DNA from: Malacoraja senta
Taxonomy: Eukaryota
Assembly: GCA_038087875.1 (NCBI GenBank)
Contig: CM075991.1
Coordinates: 4,092,001-4,156,000, forward strand
DNA length: 64,000 nucleotides
Direction of reading: 5' to 3'
A program made the translations under genes and the position numbers. The notes under the pieces are model-generated. The model was given only the letters and a program-made list of their open reading frames with translations. It had not been told where the DNA came from and did not search any database. The number at the start of each line of letters is the position of its first letter. The stretch's first letter is position 1. Shown in pieces: positions 63,120 through 64,000 of the stretch.

Positions 63120-63370
63120 ACCATCCTCACAGAACCTCATTCATTCCTTGTACCTTTTCATACCTTTAGTTTCCCTCTCCCCTGACTCTCAGTCTGACAA
63201 AGGGTCTCGACCTGAAACGTCACCTATTCCCTTTTCTCCAGAGATGCTGCCAGACCCCTGAGTTACTCCAGCATTTGTGTCTGAAGAAGGGTCTTGACCC
63301 AAAACGTCACCTATTCTTTTTCTCCGGAGATGCTGCCTGACTCATTGACTTACTCCAACATTTTGTGCTT
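63120..63370 (+). mobile_element. Tandem pair of PLE 3' termini
   Basis: Two direct units, each with a decayed hammerhead core (about 63194-63221 and 63281-63308) followed by 'acctattc...ctcc.gagatgctgcc'. Confidence 0.8.
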
Positions 63371-64000
63371 ATCGAAGTTTAAAAACATTATTTATTGTTT
63401 GGTCGTCATTTCCCATTTTCCCAATAAAATTAAACCTGGGTAGCTGAACAAAACAATTCATCGCCCGCGAGGCAGTACAAGATTTCAAAACATTATTTAT
63501 AGTTTGTAGGCCATTTTTCATTTTCCCAAATAAAATGAATATTAGGTTGCTCCAGAAACCAATCCTTCAGTCACAAGTCAGCATCAAGCTAGATATCTCT
63601 CTGAAGCTGGGGAAATATTCATCAATTTCAAAATCAAAAAAGACTAATTTACATCAAGTAAAAGCGAAAGATTATGACAGAACCAGAATTGAAATGAAGA
63701 TCAAAAACAGAAAATGCTGAAATACTCAGCAGGTAAGGTAGCCTCTGTGGAAGGAGAGACAAGAACCAATGTTTCAGGTCAATGACCCTTCCTCAGGACT
63801 TTTATTGTCAGCATCCCCTTTTGCACCATTCCTCTACACTTAAGATAGACATAAAATGCTGAAGTAACTCAGCGGGTCAGGCAGCATCGCTGGAGAAACG
63901 GAATAGGTGACATTTCGGATTGTAACCCTTCTTCAGGAAGGGTTACTTATCTGAGGAAAGACATTCTTGCCATAGAGGGAGTACAGAGAAGGTTCACCAG

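Overview
This is eukaryotic, repeat-saturated DNA, almost certainly from a cartilaginous fish (elasmobranch; inferred from HE1-type V-SINEs sharing 3' tails with CR1 LINEs). No host protein-coding exon could be supported, so it looks like a large intron or intergenic region with a few TE-free islands. Nearly all listed ORFs are transposon fragments or GC-/repeat-driven open frames. Recognisable elements: a structurally complete but coding-decayed DIRS1-type tyrosine-recombinase retrotransposon (15614-20310, minus), a 5'-truncated Neptune-type Penelope-like element (PLE; RT plus GIY-YIG, about 56236-58334), and more than 15 PLE terminal fragments carrying a minimal hammerhead-ribozyme motif, many arranged as fold-back palindromes. 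Also present are a young internally deleted Gypsy element (two 211-bp LTRs, tRNA-Trp PBS, ACGC TSD), a Gypsy gag remnant fused to a PLE end, many CR1 and Rex1/Babar LINE pieces, about 15 HE1 SINE copies, a CpG-rich non-coding family with Rex1-like tails, hAT, Tc2/pogo-like and TA-flanked MITEs, micro/minisatellites and a 200-N gap. All calls were made by eye; no database search was run, and boundaries of old fragments are approximate.
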